From Eledone cirrhosa (lineage: Eukaryota): DNA of 64,000 bases. The first letter of the stretch is position 1. Each line of letters starts with the position of its first letter. Below, in pieces: positions 1 to 11,369 of this stretch. The translations under genes were made by a program, and so were the position numbers. The DNA is taken from assembly GCA_964016885.1 (NCBI GenBank), contig OZ024740.1, forward strand, positions 328,166,001 through 328,230,000, read 5' to 3'. The notes beneath the pieces were generated by a model that was given only the letters and a program-made list of their open reading frames with translations, was not told the DNA's origin and did not search any database.

Positions 1-821
1 ATCATTAATAAGTATTGAAATTTAAGCAAACAAGATTTCACAGCTCTAGCATCAATTCTTCATAGCTTATGAAATTTTCAGTCCACCCTCGTACCATTTA
101 GTGTTTAGTTATAGTATTTTATGTTGTAAGTCCAAATCCCACTGAGGTCATATTTACCAAAATAAAGTACCAGTTAAATACTGGGATACAATTTAATTGA
201 CTAATCCACCCACCTAATATAGGAACTATATTCTGGTTCCGTGTCAATGTTAGATATGAATATTTCAATCTTTGAGCATGAATCGGGAAGAGCGCGTGAT
301 GAGCGCTCGAGTGAATTCTTTTCCCCCGAATAATTTGGTAGTGATTTTGACTTTCAAGATTTCTTATCAAACTACACCAGATATAGCTACTTTGGATGTC
401 TTGATGGCGACTGATTTCACTTGTTGGTTGCCATAATGTTAAATTATGGTTCAAATATTGGATTAGAATTAAATGTATTTTACTTAAGAACGTAAATCCT
501 ATTAACTACTTTCCCCTGTCATTATTTCATTAACCCACCTCCTAGTATTTTGCTAACTCCAGTCATCTGTAATGGATTCCACCTCCACCCATTCATTCAC
601 AAAGACAAGAAGGAATAAACATGCGTTCCATGAGGCGAAGTAATGGAAAACTGCTGTGCTAAGACAGAGAAGAAAAATATATTAGACATGATTGATAAGA
701 AGGACGAGCAACCAGTATCTACCACATTGGAATTAACAGTTGGGGGTGTTTTACAGCTAAAGGGCAACGTAGTCAGTCAGGCAAACGAAAAACATAAGGG
801 AGTTTACAATACACGTGCGCG

Positions 822-942
<121 letters not shown>

Positions 943-1169
943 AAATTACTTCCTTGGTTGTTGAATGAATGCACATAAATATTCAGAGTTTATTTTTACC
1001 AGCCACCTGCCCGGTGGCACGATTGTAAAGGAATTTCTTTTTAAAAAGAAAAAGGAATCTTGTTTTTTCTTGTATTTTTTGTGCAAACATTCACCGTTTA
1101 GATTTTAAGGTCTAGCAGATTTTTTTTCTCTTAAATATTGTGCTAATTTTCCCATACGTATGTTTGTAT

Positions 1170-1478
1170 GAGGGTGCGAGGCTTTGTGGTTAGAGTATTC
1201 GGCTCACAATCGTAGGGTCATGAGTCCGGTTCCCGGCGGCGCGTTGTGTCCTTGAGCAAGACACTTATTTTACGTTGCTCCAGTCCACTCAGCTGGCAAA
1301 AATGAGTTGTACCTGTTTTGCGAAGGACCAGCTTTATCACACGCTGTGTCACACTGAATCTTCATGAAAACTACTTAAAGGGTACACGTGTTTGTGGAAT
1401 TCTCAGCCACTTGCACGTTAATTTCACTGCTGTTCCGTTGATCGGGTCAACCGGAACACTCCCCGTCGTAGTGGACGG
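1170..1478 (+). mobile_element. tRNA-derived SINE with CORE-like central domain (SINE family 2)
   Basis: tRNA-like head (gtggttagagt...gagtccggttcccgg), then tgtgtccttgagcaagacactt; related copies at about 10445, 17680, 45565 and 58575. Confidence 0.75.
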
Positions 1479-1604
1479 AGTGTGTGTGTGTACGTATGTA
1501 TGTGAATTTCCTGGAGCTATGTTTGTTTTGTAACAAAGTGAAACATTTTCTTTTGTGTCAAGACAGTTCCAAGTATGTGTAAATACATAAGTAAATTAAT
1601 GAAT

Positions 1605-1696
<92 letters not shown>

Positions 1697-1859
1697 GTGT
1701 ACATGAAGTTATACGTGCATTCAAGGGTGTACATATATCTTTAATATGTGCGTATTACAGCTCGTAAAAAACATGAACCCTGAGAGTTAACATCGAGAAA
1801 ACTGAGGTCATCTGTCAATGACGTACAACACTGCCCCTTTTCTCCTCTCCACCTTCAGT

Positions 1860-2830
1860 ACAATAGTGACAACTAACAAAAACCTAGGCTGCATAATTTC
1901 TAATGACTGCACCCGAGATGAGGAGATTCTAAACCCCATCAGACAGGCCCCTGTAGCCTTTGGAAAGCTCAGAAAGTCTAAATAACGACCTCAGCTTCCA
2001 CACTAACGTCATGTTTAAAGGGCATTCTGCTTCCACTCTCCTGTATGGGTGCGAAACATAAACCATATATCATCGACAAATGTTCGTGGTCTTCCAATGT
2101 ATCTAGAAGATCCTTTCAGCCACACGGCATGGTTGGATTACTCACGGGGAGGATTGAATCCACATTGTATAGGAATCAACTGAGCTGGCTACACAATGTA
2201 GTGCACGTGTCTATTTCGTGCCTCCGCTGCAAGATACTCTACGGGATACCTACAACATGGTTATCAATAAGCTGGGGGACCAAAGAAGCTGTTGAAAGAT
2301 CAACCTAAGACCCCTTTGAAACAGTCCAAGTCTAAAGTCTGTCACGTGCCCGGAGGCTCAACAGGCCGGTGCTTGTCCCGCTTTCCGTGATGTGAAGCAA
2401 CTAAGAGTAAAAGAATTTCTCCTGGACAGGCCGCCAATCCATCGCAGGGTTAAACCCCTATTTTTTGCTGGTACTCATTTTCAGCTGAGTATATTGGAGT
2501 AACGTGAAATGAAGTGTTTTTCTCAATAGCATAACACACATCCCAGTGCAGGAATCGAACCCACAACAGCATGATAGTAAGTCCAACAGCCTTACCAGAA
2601 GAATTGTATCAAATCTTCAAGAGTGAAGAGCATCCCTATCATCCGTTCAATTTGGATTATTTGCTGTTTGAAGTTGATTGAAGATATGGAAGACAAACTC
2701 ACTCAGCTTTCTGTAAGAAAAGAAGCTTAAACAGAGGTTAATCCTAACTTCTCCAACAAAACATTCACATGTTCCGTCGGCAAACGAAGATGTACATTAA
2801 AGATTGGGATATCCTGCCACTTATTGAAGG
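1860..2830 (+). mobile_element. Decayed RTE-clade LINE, RT C-terminal part, interrupted by a SINE
   Basis: Translates KNLGCIISNDCTRDEEILNPIRQAPVAFGKLRK, LSTLLYGCET and a C-terminal FTCSVGKRRCTLKIGISCH; stops and frameshifts present. Confidence 0.75.
2325..2596 (-). mobile_element. tRNA-derived SINE inserted in the RTE fragment
   Basis: Reverse B-box (caggaatcgaaccc) near 2550, ggtactcattttcagctgagt motif, aagtct-repeat tail near 2328. Confidence 0.65.
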
Positions 2831-3539
2831 AAAAATTGATCATCATCGAGACTGATGGAAATCCATAAGCAAGCATGGGTGTAATTAAACGTTTGTGTAT
2901 GTGTGCGTGTGTGCGTGTATGCGTGTGTGTGCGTGTGTGCGCGCGCGTGTGTGAATATGTATGTGACAGTGTATGTCTTATTTATAAGCACATTTCATTG
3001 TCCACATATGTATATTCATCCCAAGATTGAACTGCTTTATAATTCTTCACAGAAAAACTCCAGAATTTCAAGAATGTTGTGTCTGTTTGCTTTATAGTTG
3101 TGCATATCTATGAGATAATTCCGCATTAGTTCACCTTTGAATTTCTTTCTCCCCTCAAATTCAGACGATATGTTCACAGTCTATGGCTAGCTAACTTCCA
3201 TAAAAGAATATCGGTCTCATTGTGTTTGTACGAAATTATTCTTTTTGCTGGTATTTTCCTCTAGTAGTTCTTATCTTAAAGGTGTCAATACTTTCTCGTT
3301 CGAGTGCAATTGTGTATGGCCGTCTGGACAATAGATGCGGGTGATATATTTCACACAGTTATGGTACACCCGGCATTTCTATCCCAGCGTGGACTTCTGG
3401 AGGCTTAGCCTGCAGAATTGCTCCGGCTGAGCCATAACAATCTGGCCCTCCACAATCCACTATATTTTATGTTCTACAGTTTCTGCTATGAAACCCTATA
3501 TTGTACATATCCCCGACGAGTAAAAAAAAAAAAAAAAGA

Positions 3540-3574
<35 letters not shown>

Positions 3575-3578
<4 letters not shown>

Positions 3579-3678
3579 AGGACCCCTGACTCTTTTCCTA
3601 TTACCCACTCTACCCCCCTAAGTGTCGAGTACTCTGGTGCGTTATGGTCCACCTGGTTCCTTACCACACTGCCTTCGT
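3575..3678 (+). mobile_element. 3' tail fragment of a (TA)n-inserted Penelope-like element (same family as 52362-52550)
   Basis: Matches the reverse complement of about 52365-52455; contains cactc-tac-loop-gtg-tc-gagt stem-loop; flanked by TA repeats. Confidence 0.75.
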
Positions 3679-3731
3679 TATGTATGTATATATATATATA
3701 TATACATATACACACACACTTACACACACAC

Positions 3732-3814
<83 letters not shown>

Positions 3815-4627
3815 CAGATACATAGATACATACATACGTACATTCGTACATACAGTTTATGTAAGTTTATGTGTGTATGGGCATATGTGTGCGTGTAAAT
3901 ATATAAACATTAATATAAATACACTTGCACGGGCGCACACACATACGCGTATGTACATACACACACGCGCGCACAAACACACATATATATATATAATTTA
4001 TTCTACTTTTGTCTGCTATAGTATTCAAGGATGGGCTATGAAGGCTGGCTCGTTCTTTTAACAAAGCATACCGGTTCCCTTTTGACCATTAAGACTGACT
4101 AATGTCTCAGAGGGAGTACATCTAAGAACACAGTTTTCACACTGGTGTTCAAAAATCTACACCCGCTTCCAGTTGTTTGAATGTTGTTATATGCGAATGT
4201 GTGTGTACGTGTGTGTTTGTGTTTGTCTATGTTTGCAAACGAGCGAAAATGTGTGTATGAATAATAATGATATATAACTATAATTTGCATACATATTGGT
4301 TTATAAAATTAGAGGGGTATATTTGCTATAATCTGGAACAGTAGCAACACTTAGACAGCACATGTTTATAAGTACTCACCACCTCCCGCCTGCCTGCCCA
4401 ACATCTACCCTCAGTTTCCTGTTGACCTTATTTTGATGGTCTATTTACCCAGCAATAGTTTCCAGCGTTCCCTATTTTATTTGAAATCTGTGTATATATA
4501 TATATTCTTGTTTGTGTTGTATTTTTCTTTATCCCACGTTCCTTTATATATCATAGCGTCTATAACTGTCCCCCACCTTCTTTCCTATTTCGTTTTCTTT
4601 ATGAGGGCTGCACTGGTGCTTGTGATG

Positions 4628-4678
<51 letters not shown>

Positions 4679-4679
<1 letters not shown>

Positions 4680-4814
4680 CATCACAATATAATAAATTGA
4701 AGTGAAAGCAACTGGTGCGTGTGTTTCTTATTGGCAACATGACCCTCCCAAAGTATAACAATATCGGTTTCAACACACGTTTTCAGATAAAGAATCTTGC
4801 TAAACAAATTCAGA

Positions 4815-4819
<5 letters not shown>
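4679..4819 (+). mobile_element. 3' fragment of (TA)n-inserted element family B
   Basis: Shares tggcaa...atgaccctccc-aagtataacaatat...acacacg with 20342-20399, 28200-28305 and 51421-51556; TA tracts on both sides. Confidence 0.75.
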
Positions 4820-4875
<56 letters not shown>

Positions 4876-5129
4876 CTAGTGGCAATATCTAGTTTTGTCT
4901 CTCAATATTGTTCATGGGTTCTGAACTCTTGCTGGAGTCGTAAGACGCCGTAGTAGTATACGCCGTGTCTTGGTCATTTTAAACTCGACTGAGCCAATCC
5001 CTCCAAGGGTCTGAGCAAAGCCGATTTTTTCCAGTGAGAGAAGGGAGTGAATGGGAGGTGAAAGGAAAGAGAGAGAGAGAGGGGGGGGGGGCGTGAGATT
5101 GGGAGATGAAGTGAAAAAGTGATATACAG

Positions 5130-5270
5130 GAAGAATCAGCGCCAGTACTTGACTTGTACTTTATTTATGGATCTCAAAACCATGAAAGACAAAGTTGACC
5201 TCGGTGGTATTTGAATTCAGAAGGCAGGTAATAGGAATGAATACCACAAAGCTTTTTATCCGACGCTTAT
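5130..5270 (-). mobile_element. Degenerate copy of SINE family 1
   Basis: tactttattt...atgaaagacaaagttgacctcggtggtatttgaa matches the reverse SINE consensus. Confidence 0.65.
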
Positions 5271-5518
5271 ACCCTCAATATTACGAGGTTTAAATCAATT
5301 TATGGGAATTAATAAAAACAACAATACTGATACTCCAACATAAGCACAAGTACTCACGTACGGGTGCAGGGTAGCCACTTTAAAAGGAGCCTAGTATTTT
5401 TTGTACTCTTTAGGCAGGAAAATGCTATCGTTCGGTGACTCTTTTTAAGGTCTCTGAAACTGGTGGGATGAAAGTGTCATCAAAATAAAGACCGGGTCTT
5501 GCAGCAAAGTGGACTCCG

Positions 5519-5633
5519 CTAAAGGTATCCAAATACAGGTATCGCTATTAAACCGGTAAAAGCGACTACGGCGTGACTGAAATACCGTGAGATATTTTGC
5601 CTTAATTTCAACTGTTTCTTCCAAACTAGCGAT
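5519..5633 (-). CDS. Possible exon of an unidentified gene
   Basis: Minus-strand acceptor ggtttctatttcag at 5634; non-repetitive, relatively GC-rich open frames (SLVWKKQLKLRQNISRYFSHAVVAFTGLIAIPVFGYL* or IASLEETVEIKAKYLT...). Confidence 0.25.
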
Positions 5634-5984
5634 CTGAAATAGAAACCAATCATACATACATTTAGACCTATTCCACTTTCTGCAGTAGAGTAGCTGAAGA
5701 GGAGCAGATCGAAGAGCATCTTGTCCCAGAGCACTATTTAACCACGGGATAGTGGTATCTTTCGTTTAACAGTTTAAATATGTTTAAATATGTTTAATTA
5801 TCTTTTCGTGGAGTGGGAATTAAGGACCACTCCATTGCCCTACCAAGAGACTATACAGGGGCGGTGGAACTGAGGGGGCCAGGGGACATGCCCCTCTCCC
5901 TAAAAAAAATTATATTTTTCTCCCCAAACTACCAAAATACATCTCTTTGTATATGCGCTACAATTTATGTACATGTTCTGTATA

Positions 5985-6511
5985 GACAGATGGGAGAGAT
6001 AAATATAGATACAAAGAGGGGGAGAGGTTGGTAATAATTGATATAGAGATGAAGGTTGGGAGAGTCTGTTGTATATTAGATATAGAGAGGGGGAGAGATT
6101 GATTTTTATTGATATAGAGGGGGGATTTGGAAGAGAGTTACGTATAGTGGATATAGAGAGTGGGAGAGTTTGGGGTTAATTCATATAGAGCGAGGATTGG
6201 GAGATAGTTTTGTATGGTTGATGTAGAGAGGGGGATAGTTTGGTAGTAATGAATAGAGTGAGAGGATTGATAGAGATAGGTATTGATAGATATAGAGAAG
6301 GGGAGAGTTTGGTAGTGATGGATAGAGTGAGAGGAAATAAGAGAGAGTATTGTATGGTAGATATAGAGAGGGGATAGTTTGGTGTTAATTGATATAGTGA
6401 GGGGGGTTGTGAGAGTGTGTTGTATATTAAATATAGAGAGGGGAGGTTATTGATGTTTAATGATATAGAGAAGGGGAGAGTTTGGTGTTACTTGATATAT
6501 AAAGGGGAATT

Positions 6512-6547
<36 letters not shown>

Positions 6548-6660
6548 GGTGGTAATGAACAGAGTGAGAGGATCGATAGAGATAGGTATTGGTGGATATA
6601 GAGAAGGAAAGTGTTAGGTAGTGATGGAGAGAGTGAGAAGGAATGAGGGGGAGAGTAGTC
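5985..6660. repeat. Degenerate purine-rich tandem repeat
   Basis: Recurring gatatagagagggg(g)agagtttggt-like units. Confidence 0.8.
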
Positions 6661-7531
6661 TGACAAATTATCAAGTGGGGACGATTATTCAAGGCTTGAG
6701 AGTACGTGAACTCTCAGGATCATCGGACAAGACTGGTGATCATGTGAGTGTGCAGATGAAACTTGAGAGTAACAAAGCTCACCAATATCCATAATCAATG
6801 AATGTATATATATATATATATATATATATAGGAGATGAATAAATTGAATCGATTGAAATTGATGCTAAAACTTCACTGATATATATTTTATAGATCGTCG
6901 GTGGAATTTGAACGCAGAACATAAAAGTGTAATGAAATACCACGGACCATTTTGCTCGTTCTCTACCGATCCTGCCTAACGATTTACACTTTGTATTGTA
7001 TTAATATTACAAAACAATAATAGTCTTCGGGGTAGAATCGTAAAGAAACATAGAACAAAATATTTTGCTTTATTTAGAATCCCACAAAGATCAACATTGC
7101 CTGTTGCCACTCAGAGCTTCAAAAAGTAAAGTACATAGGTAAGTACAATCACCTAAAATACCCCCAAATACGAAGCCTTATGCCTATGATATTTATCAAT
7201 AATATTTGATCGTCAAAGGAGGCGGAGTAGCAAGAATTCTGTTTAAAAGAGAGAGACTAACGAGAACAAGTTCTGCAAAAGACGGATAAGAAAAACGCTT
7301 TAGATGTGGTTTTTCAAGCAGTCATTGTATGGATGGTTCTTTACTTAACCCTGATTTCTGTTCATGTGAACCTTTGTCTCGGGATGAGATTAAATGAGTG
7401 TCTGCATATATTCGTGTGAATTATTTTATTTATTTATTACATATGCGCGCTTTCATAGGTGTGTGTGTATATATATATATAAAAGATATAATATAATATA
7501 TATACTTGTATATATAATATAATATAATATA

Positions 7532-7574
<43 letters not shown>

Positions 7575-7751
7575 GATATAATATAATATAATATAATATA
7601 TATATAATTATATATATAATATAATATAATATAAATATATATATATGTATACGATATAATATAATATAATATAATATATATATAATTATATATATAATAT
7701 AATGTAATATATGTATATATATATATATATAATTATATATATAATATAATG

Positions 7752-7811
<60 letters not shown>

Positions 7812-7862
7812 ATTAAGTCAAATATGTAAAATGTGGCTTCGTTTATTATAAATTATAGATAT

Positions 7863-7917
7863 ACTGCTATATATATTTCGGTGACAGCCATCATTGGCTG
7901 TGACCTCTTCAGGCAGT
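7863..7917 (-). ncRNA. Minimal type I hammerhead ribozyme (inverted copy)
   Basis: Reverse complement reads actgc CTGAAGA ggtcacagcc-aatgat-ggctgtcacc GAAA tatata TA gcagt. Confidence 0.85.
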
Positions 7918-8153
7918 CCGAATTGGTGTGTGAAAGACAGGTACACATGTTGTTGAAGTGTGTTTTACTCCGTCAATACATCGATATGTCCAGCTCCTGG
8001 TTGTGTTGTTATTCCTCTGAGGAACTGGAATCATATATGATTTTAGTTCCTCCGAAGAATAACAACATAACCAGGAGCTGGACATATCGATGTATTGACG
8101 GAGTAAAACACACTTCAACAACACGTGTACCTGTCTTTCACACACCAATTCGG

Positions 8154-8208
8154 ACTGCCTGAAGAGGTCACAGACAATGATGGCTGTCACCGAAATATAT
8201 ATAGCAGT
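8154..8208 (+). ncRNA. Minimal type I hammerhead ribozyme
   Basis: Stem I actgc/gcagt; CTGAAGA; stem II ggtcacag..ctgtcacc; GAAA; palindromic t-atat-a; predicted cut after A8203. Confidence 0.85.
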
Positions 8209-8649
8209 ATATCTATAATTTATAATAAACGAAGCCAAATTTTACATATTTGACTTAATTATTTTACATTACTCCGGAGTAAACAAACTAACCTGCATAC
8301 TTCGTCGAGTGCTCCAATCTGCACACTGAGGTGTCGGTAAACAAACAACATATACTCAATATATACAATATATATATATATAATATATATATATATAAGA
8401 TATAATATAATATATATAAAATTATATATAATATATATATATACACATATATACATTATACATACATAATACATATATAATATATATATAATACGTGTGT
8501 GTGTGTGTGTACATGAGTATTTTTATATTTCCGTGTACGCTTGTTAAGAAAGGTGGTATAAATTAAACAATATGTCAAAAGAGAAAAAAAGGAGAAATTC
8601 CACGTCCTTGCCGGAAAAACTTAAAATATACCGCAAGAAATACAATAAT

Positions 8650-8934
8650 AAATAGTATAAGGATAACATGAAAATATATTACCATCCAACCACCCGACCC
8701 TCATCCTCAAAAAATATATTACCAGCCCACCACCCTACACCACATTCGAAAAATATATCACTATTCCACCCACCCTACCTCATCTCCCTAAAAAACTCTA
8801 CCATATCGCATCCCCACCGTTAATAACATATATCACCATCCCATATCCACAATCATAAAAACAAATCGCCCCAACCCGTATCCACCTTCAAAAACATATC
8901 TTACCTTCCCGCCATCTCAACTACACCACCACAA

Positions 8935-9002
<68 letters not shown>

Positions 9003-9020
9003 AATAATAATAATAATAAT
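8650..9020. repeat. Degenerate tandem repeat (about 40-45 bp unit) followed by (GAT)n(AAT)n
   Basis: aaaatatattacca.cc.accaccc units repeated, then trinucleotide runs. Confidence 0.8.
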
Positions 9021-9727
9021 AACATTATATGAGAAAATAACGAAAATAGAAAAGAGACGAATCTGAATGGAATAATCAAAGAAAATATATATAAAAAAAG
9101 GAAAATTCTGAATGAAGCAAGAGTATGAAAGAAAGAATAAGAGAAATAAAGCCAGACAAATAACAAAACAAAAAAAAAACATTGTTGAAAGTGGTGGTGG
9201 TGGTGGTTGGGGTGATGGGAGGGTGTAAGAAGATAGGTCCATTTAGAAAAGAACTTATTTCGCCAAATGGCCTCAATTAACAAGGTATTTGTGTTGTTGG
9301 TAGAAGGTTTCATATCCTGAGTCTCTCCCTATCCCCCTCTCTCTCTTCTCCTTAGCTACTATTACTGATGATGATGGTGATGGTGATGGTGATGGTGATG
9401 ATGATGGTGATAAGGTGGACGATTATGATGAGGAGAAAGGCGGAAGATTAAGGAAGAAAAAGCCAGAAAATACATGTGTTGAAGGGAAGAGGAATTTGGT
9501 CAGGATTCCTTATAGGGGTTAGCATTCTCTCTCTCTTTCTCTTTCTCCTTTGTATTGGTGTATGTGTGAGAGATAGATAGATAGAGACGGAGAGTTTGTA
9601 CTATTTGGAACGAAATCTATATGTAATGGAAGCCAGATTCGGAGTGAAAGTTGACGAAGGTTAATTCATCGCTTAACTTCAACCTGTACTGAATGACAGG
9701 GAAAATCTGGATCATTCTAGGTAGTGC

Positions 9728-9764
<37 letters not shown>

Positions 9765-9767
<3 letters not shown>

Positions 9768-9909
9768 GTATCTCCGTGCTGAAGATCCGCAAGGTGAAAC
9801 ATTTGTTCTCGGGATGGTGAACTAACTGTTGTAACACTACTTCTACGAAACTCGTCCCATGGACTGAGTGCTCTACTACTACGGATATAACCCTCCAGTG
9901 TTCTACTAT

Positions 9910-9911
<2 letters not shown>
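9765..9911 (+). mobile_element. Short hammerhead-bearing element (family C) ending in (TA)n
   Basis: Hammerhead at 9770-9815, tail stem-loop actc-gtcc-cat-ggac-t-gagtgctct; homologous to 54193-54260 (minus) and 49021-49062. Confidence 0.75.
9770..9815 (+). ncRNA. Minimal type I hammerhead ribozyme, slightly degenerate
   Basis: atctccgtg CTGAAGA tcc-gcaa-ggt GAAA c-attt-g TT ctcgggat. Confidence 0.7.
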
Positions 9912-10005
<94 letters not shown>

Positions 10006-10007
10006 CA

Positions 10008-10397
10008 CGTGGGGGTGGTGAAAAATTCCTGGCTTTCAGTAAAAGAAAATACAGGAGGATCAGTAAATAATGATATTATTCAATATATAGGGCGGTGGAT
10101 TGGCAGTATCAGTAGAGAGTCGGACGCCATGCTTTCCAGCATAGTTACGTCCCTTTACGGTCTGTGTTCAAATCCCGCCGAGGTTAACTTTGCCTTTCAT
10201 CCTTACGGGGTCGATAAAATAAAGTACCAGTAATGTACTGGGTAATTGCTGGCCTTGTGCCAAAAGTAGAAACAATTATTCAATATATTCCCCTCTTAGA
10301 TTCTCACACTTTTGCAGCGGCCCTTCCACCTCTGTAAAGTTAATAGCTCTACCCTTTGGAGATAATCTTAAAGCCATGAACATTTCAACAACACCCC

Positions 10398-10398
<1 letters not shown>
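10008..10398. mobile_element. Mariner-like MITE interrupted by a SINE
   Basis: Imperfect TIRs cgtgggggtggtgaaaaattcctggcttt / aaagccatgaacatttcaacaacaccccg; TA at the right end. Confidence 0.65.
10089..10280 (+). mobile_element. Full-length tRNA-derived SINE family 1
   Basis: A/B-box-like head (gggcggtggattggcag; gttcaaatccc), conserved gcctttcatccttacggggtcgataaaataaagtacc domain, attatt end; TSD attattcaatatat at 10075 and 10275. Confidence 0.9.
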
Positions 10399-10442
<44 letters not shown>

Positions 10443-10444
10443 AA

Positions 10445-10695
10445 GTGCGTGGCATAGTAGTTAGATTGGTCGTAAGATCGTAAGTTGTATCCAAAAGCAA
10501 GACACATTATTTCACGATGCTCTAGCACACAGCTGGCAAAAATGTGTTGCAACTGTATCATGCAGAATCTTCCTAAGATTGTACGTTATGTGTACACGTG
10601 TATGTGGAATGCTCGGCCACTTGCATGTTAATTTCACCAACAGGTTGTTCTGTTGGTCGATCTCTCAAACATTCGTTATCAGAACTGACGAAGAC
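10445..10695 (+). mobile_element. SINE family 2 copy
   Basis: Similar to 1170-1478 (gcaagacac...cagctggcaaaaatg...gccacttgca.gttaatttcac). Confidence 0.75.
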
Positions 10696-10860
10696 TAAAT
10701 ACACACATGCACATATATACACTCACACAGACACATACGTACACGCACACACAGATTGAAACATGGCGAATTCGCACTCGTCAAATATTTACTGGATGTC
10801 TTTACAATTTCTGATATTTTAAGAAAATTACTTCTCAAGACATCAATATTCTCCGAATAC

Positions 10861-10911
<51 letters not shown>

Positions 10912-10912
<1 letters not shown>

Positions 10913-10976
10913 CTGTTATACTTTAGGACGGTCATGCTGCCAATAAAAACATACGCACCTGTCGGTTTTCACTTTA
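10912..10976 (-). mobile_element. Inverted arm of a family B element ending at (TA)n
   Basis: Reverse complement reads gtgaaaacc...ggtgcgtatgtttttattggcagcatgaccgtcctaaagtataacagta, matching 4703-4763. Confidence 0.7.
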
Positions 10977-11087
10977 AACTCCCAGTCGATTAGTTTAATA
11001 ATTGCATGGTTGTTTTTTTCTGGGCTCACAGCTCACATAAGCAAGATGGTTTAGGACAGAACAAAGGAAAGACACAAAATAACAAAT

Positions 11088-11134
11088 TTGCCTCTGAGGA
11101 GGTCACAGAGTGTGTGACGAAAGAGCTTTGACAG
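11088..11134 (+). ncRNA. Degenerate hammerhead-like motif (family B type)
   Basis: CTGAGGA g gtcaca-gagtg-tgtgac GAAA gagc TT tg; same layout as 20259-20301, but stem I pairs poorly. Confidence 0.5.
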
Positions 11135-11369
11135 TGAATAAACCTTGTAAAAATACTATGACCAGCACAGAATATATGAATTACACCAACTGCGTAAACA
11201 GGAGTAACATTATTCATTTTAGTGCTGCACATGGTAAGGAGGTGACTAACCTAACCATGTGCGAGAATCCTCCAACCGCCATCAAGCAATCGCATGTCTA
11301 TATTGTCTTTCAGGTACAGAGGGAGACATTACTATGAGAGAATGAACTAACCACTAGTTTCAGGTAACA

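Larger units (their letters stand above)
7805..8359 (+). mobile_element. Fold-back Penelope-like pLTR element: 462-bp palindrome (7805-8266) plus about 90-nt 3' tail, in (TA)n
   Basis: Arms symmetric about tcatatatga (8031-8040); a hammerhead in each arm; tail with ACTC/GAGT stem-loop. Confidence 0.85.

Noticed and set aside
643-800. ATG-initiated non-repetitive frame MENCCAKTEKK...
   Set aside because: No recognisable homology, weak donor, and it runs into (CA)n.
5985-6660. CRISPR-like or regularly spaced repeat array
   Set aside because: Degenerate purine-rich minisatellite with no constant repeat and unique spacers; eukaryotic context.
7833-8238. Two near-identical 109-aa ORFs on opposite strands
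   Set aside because: A by-product of the palindrome; no recognisable protein, and the region is explained by the hammerhead element.
10089-10190. tRNA genes at A/B-box-like motifs
   Set aside because: They are SINE heads followed by the shared SINE body and tail, with no complete cloverleaf.
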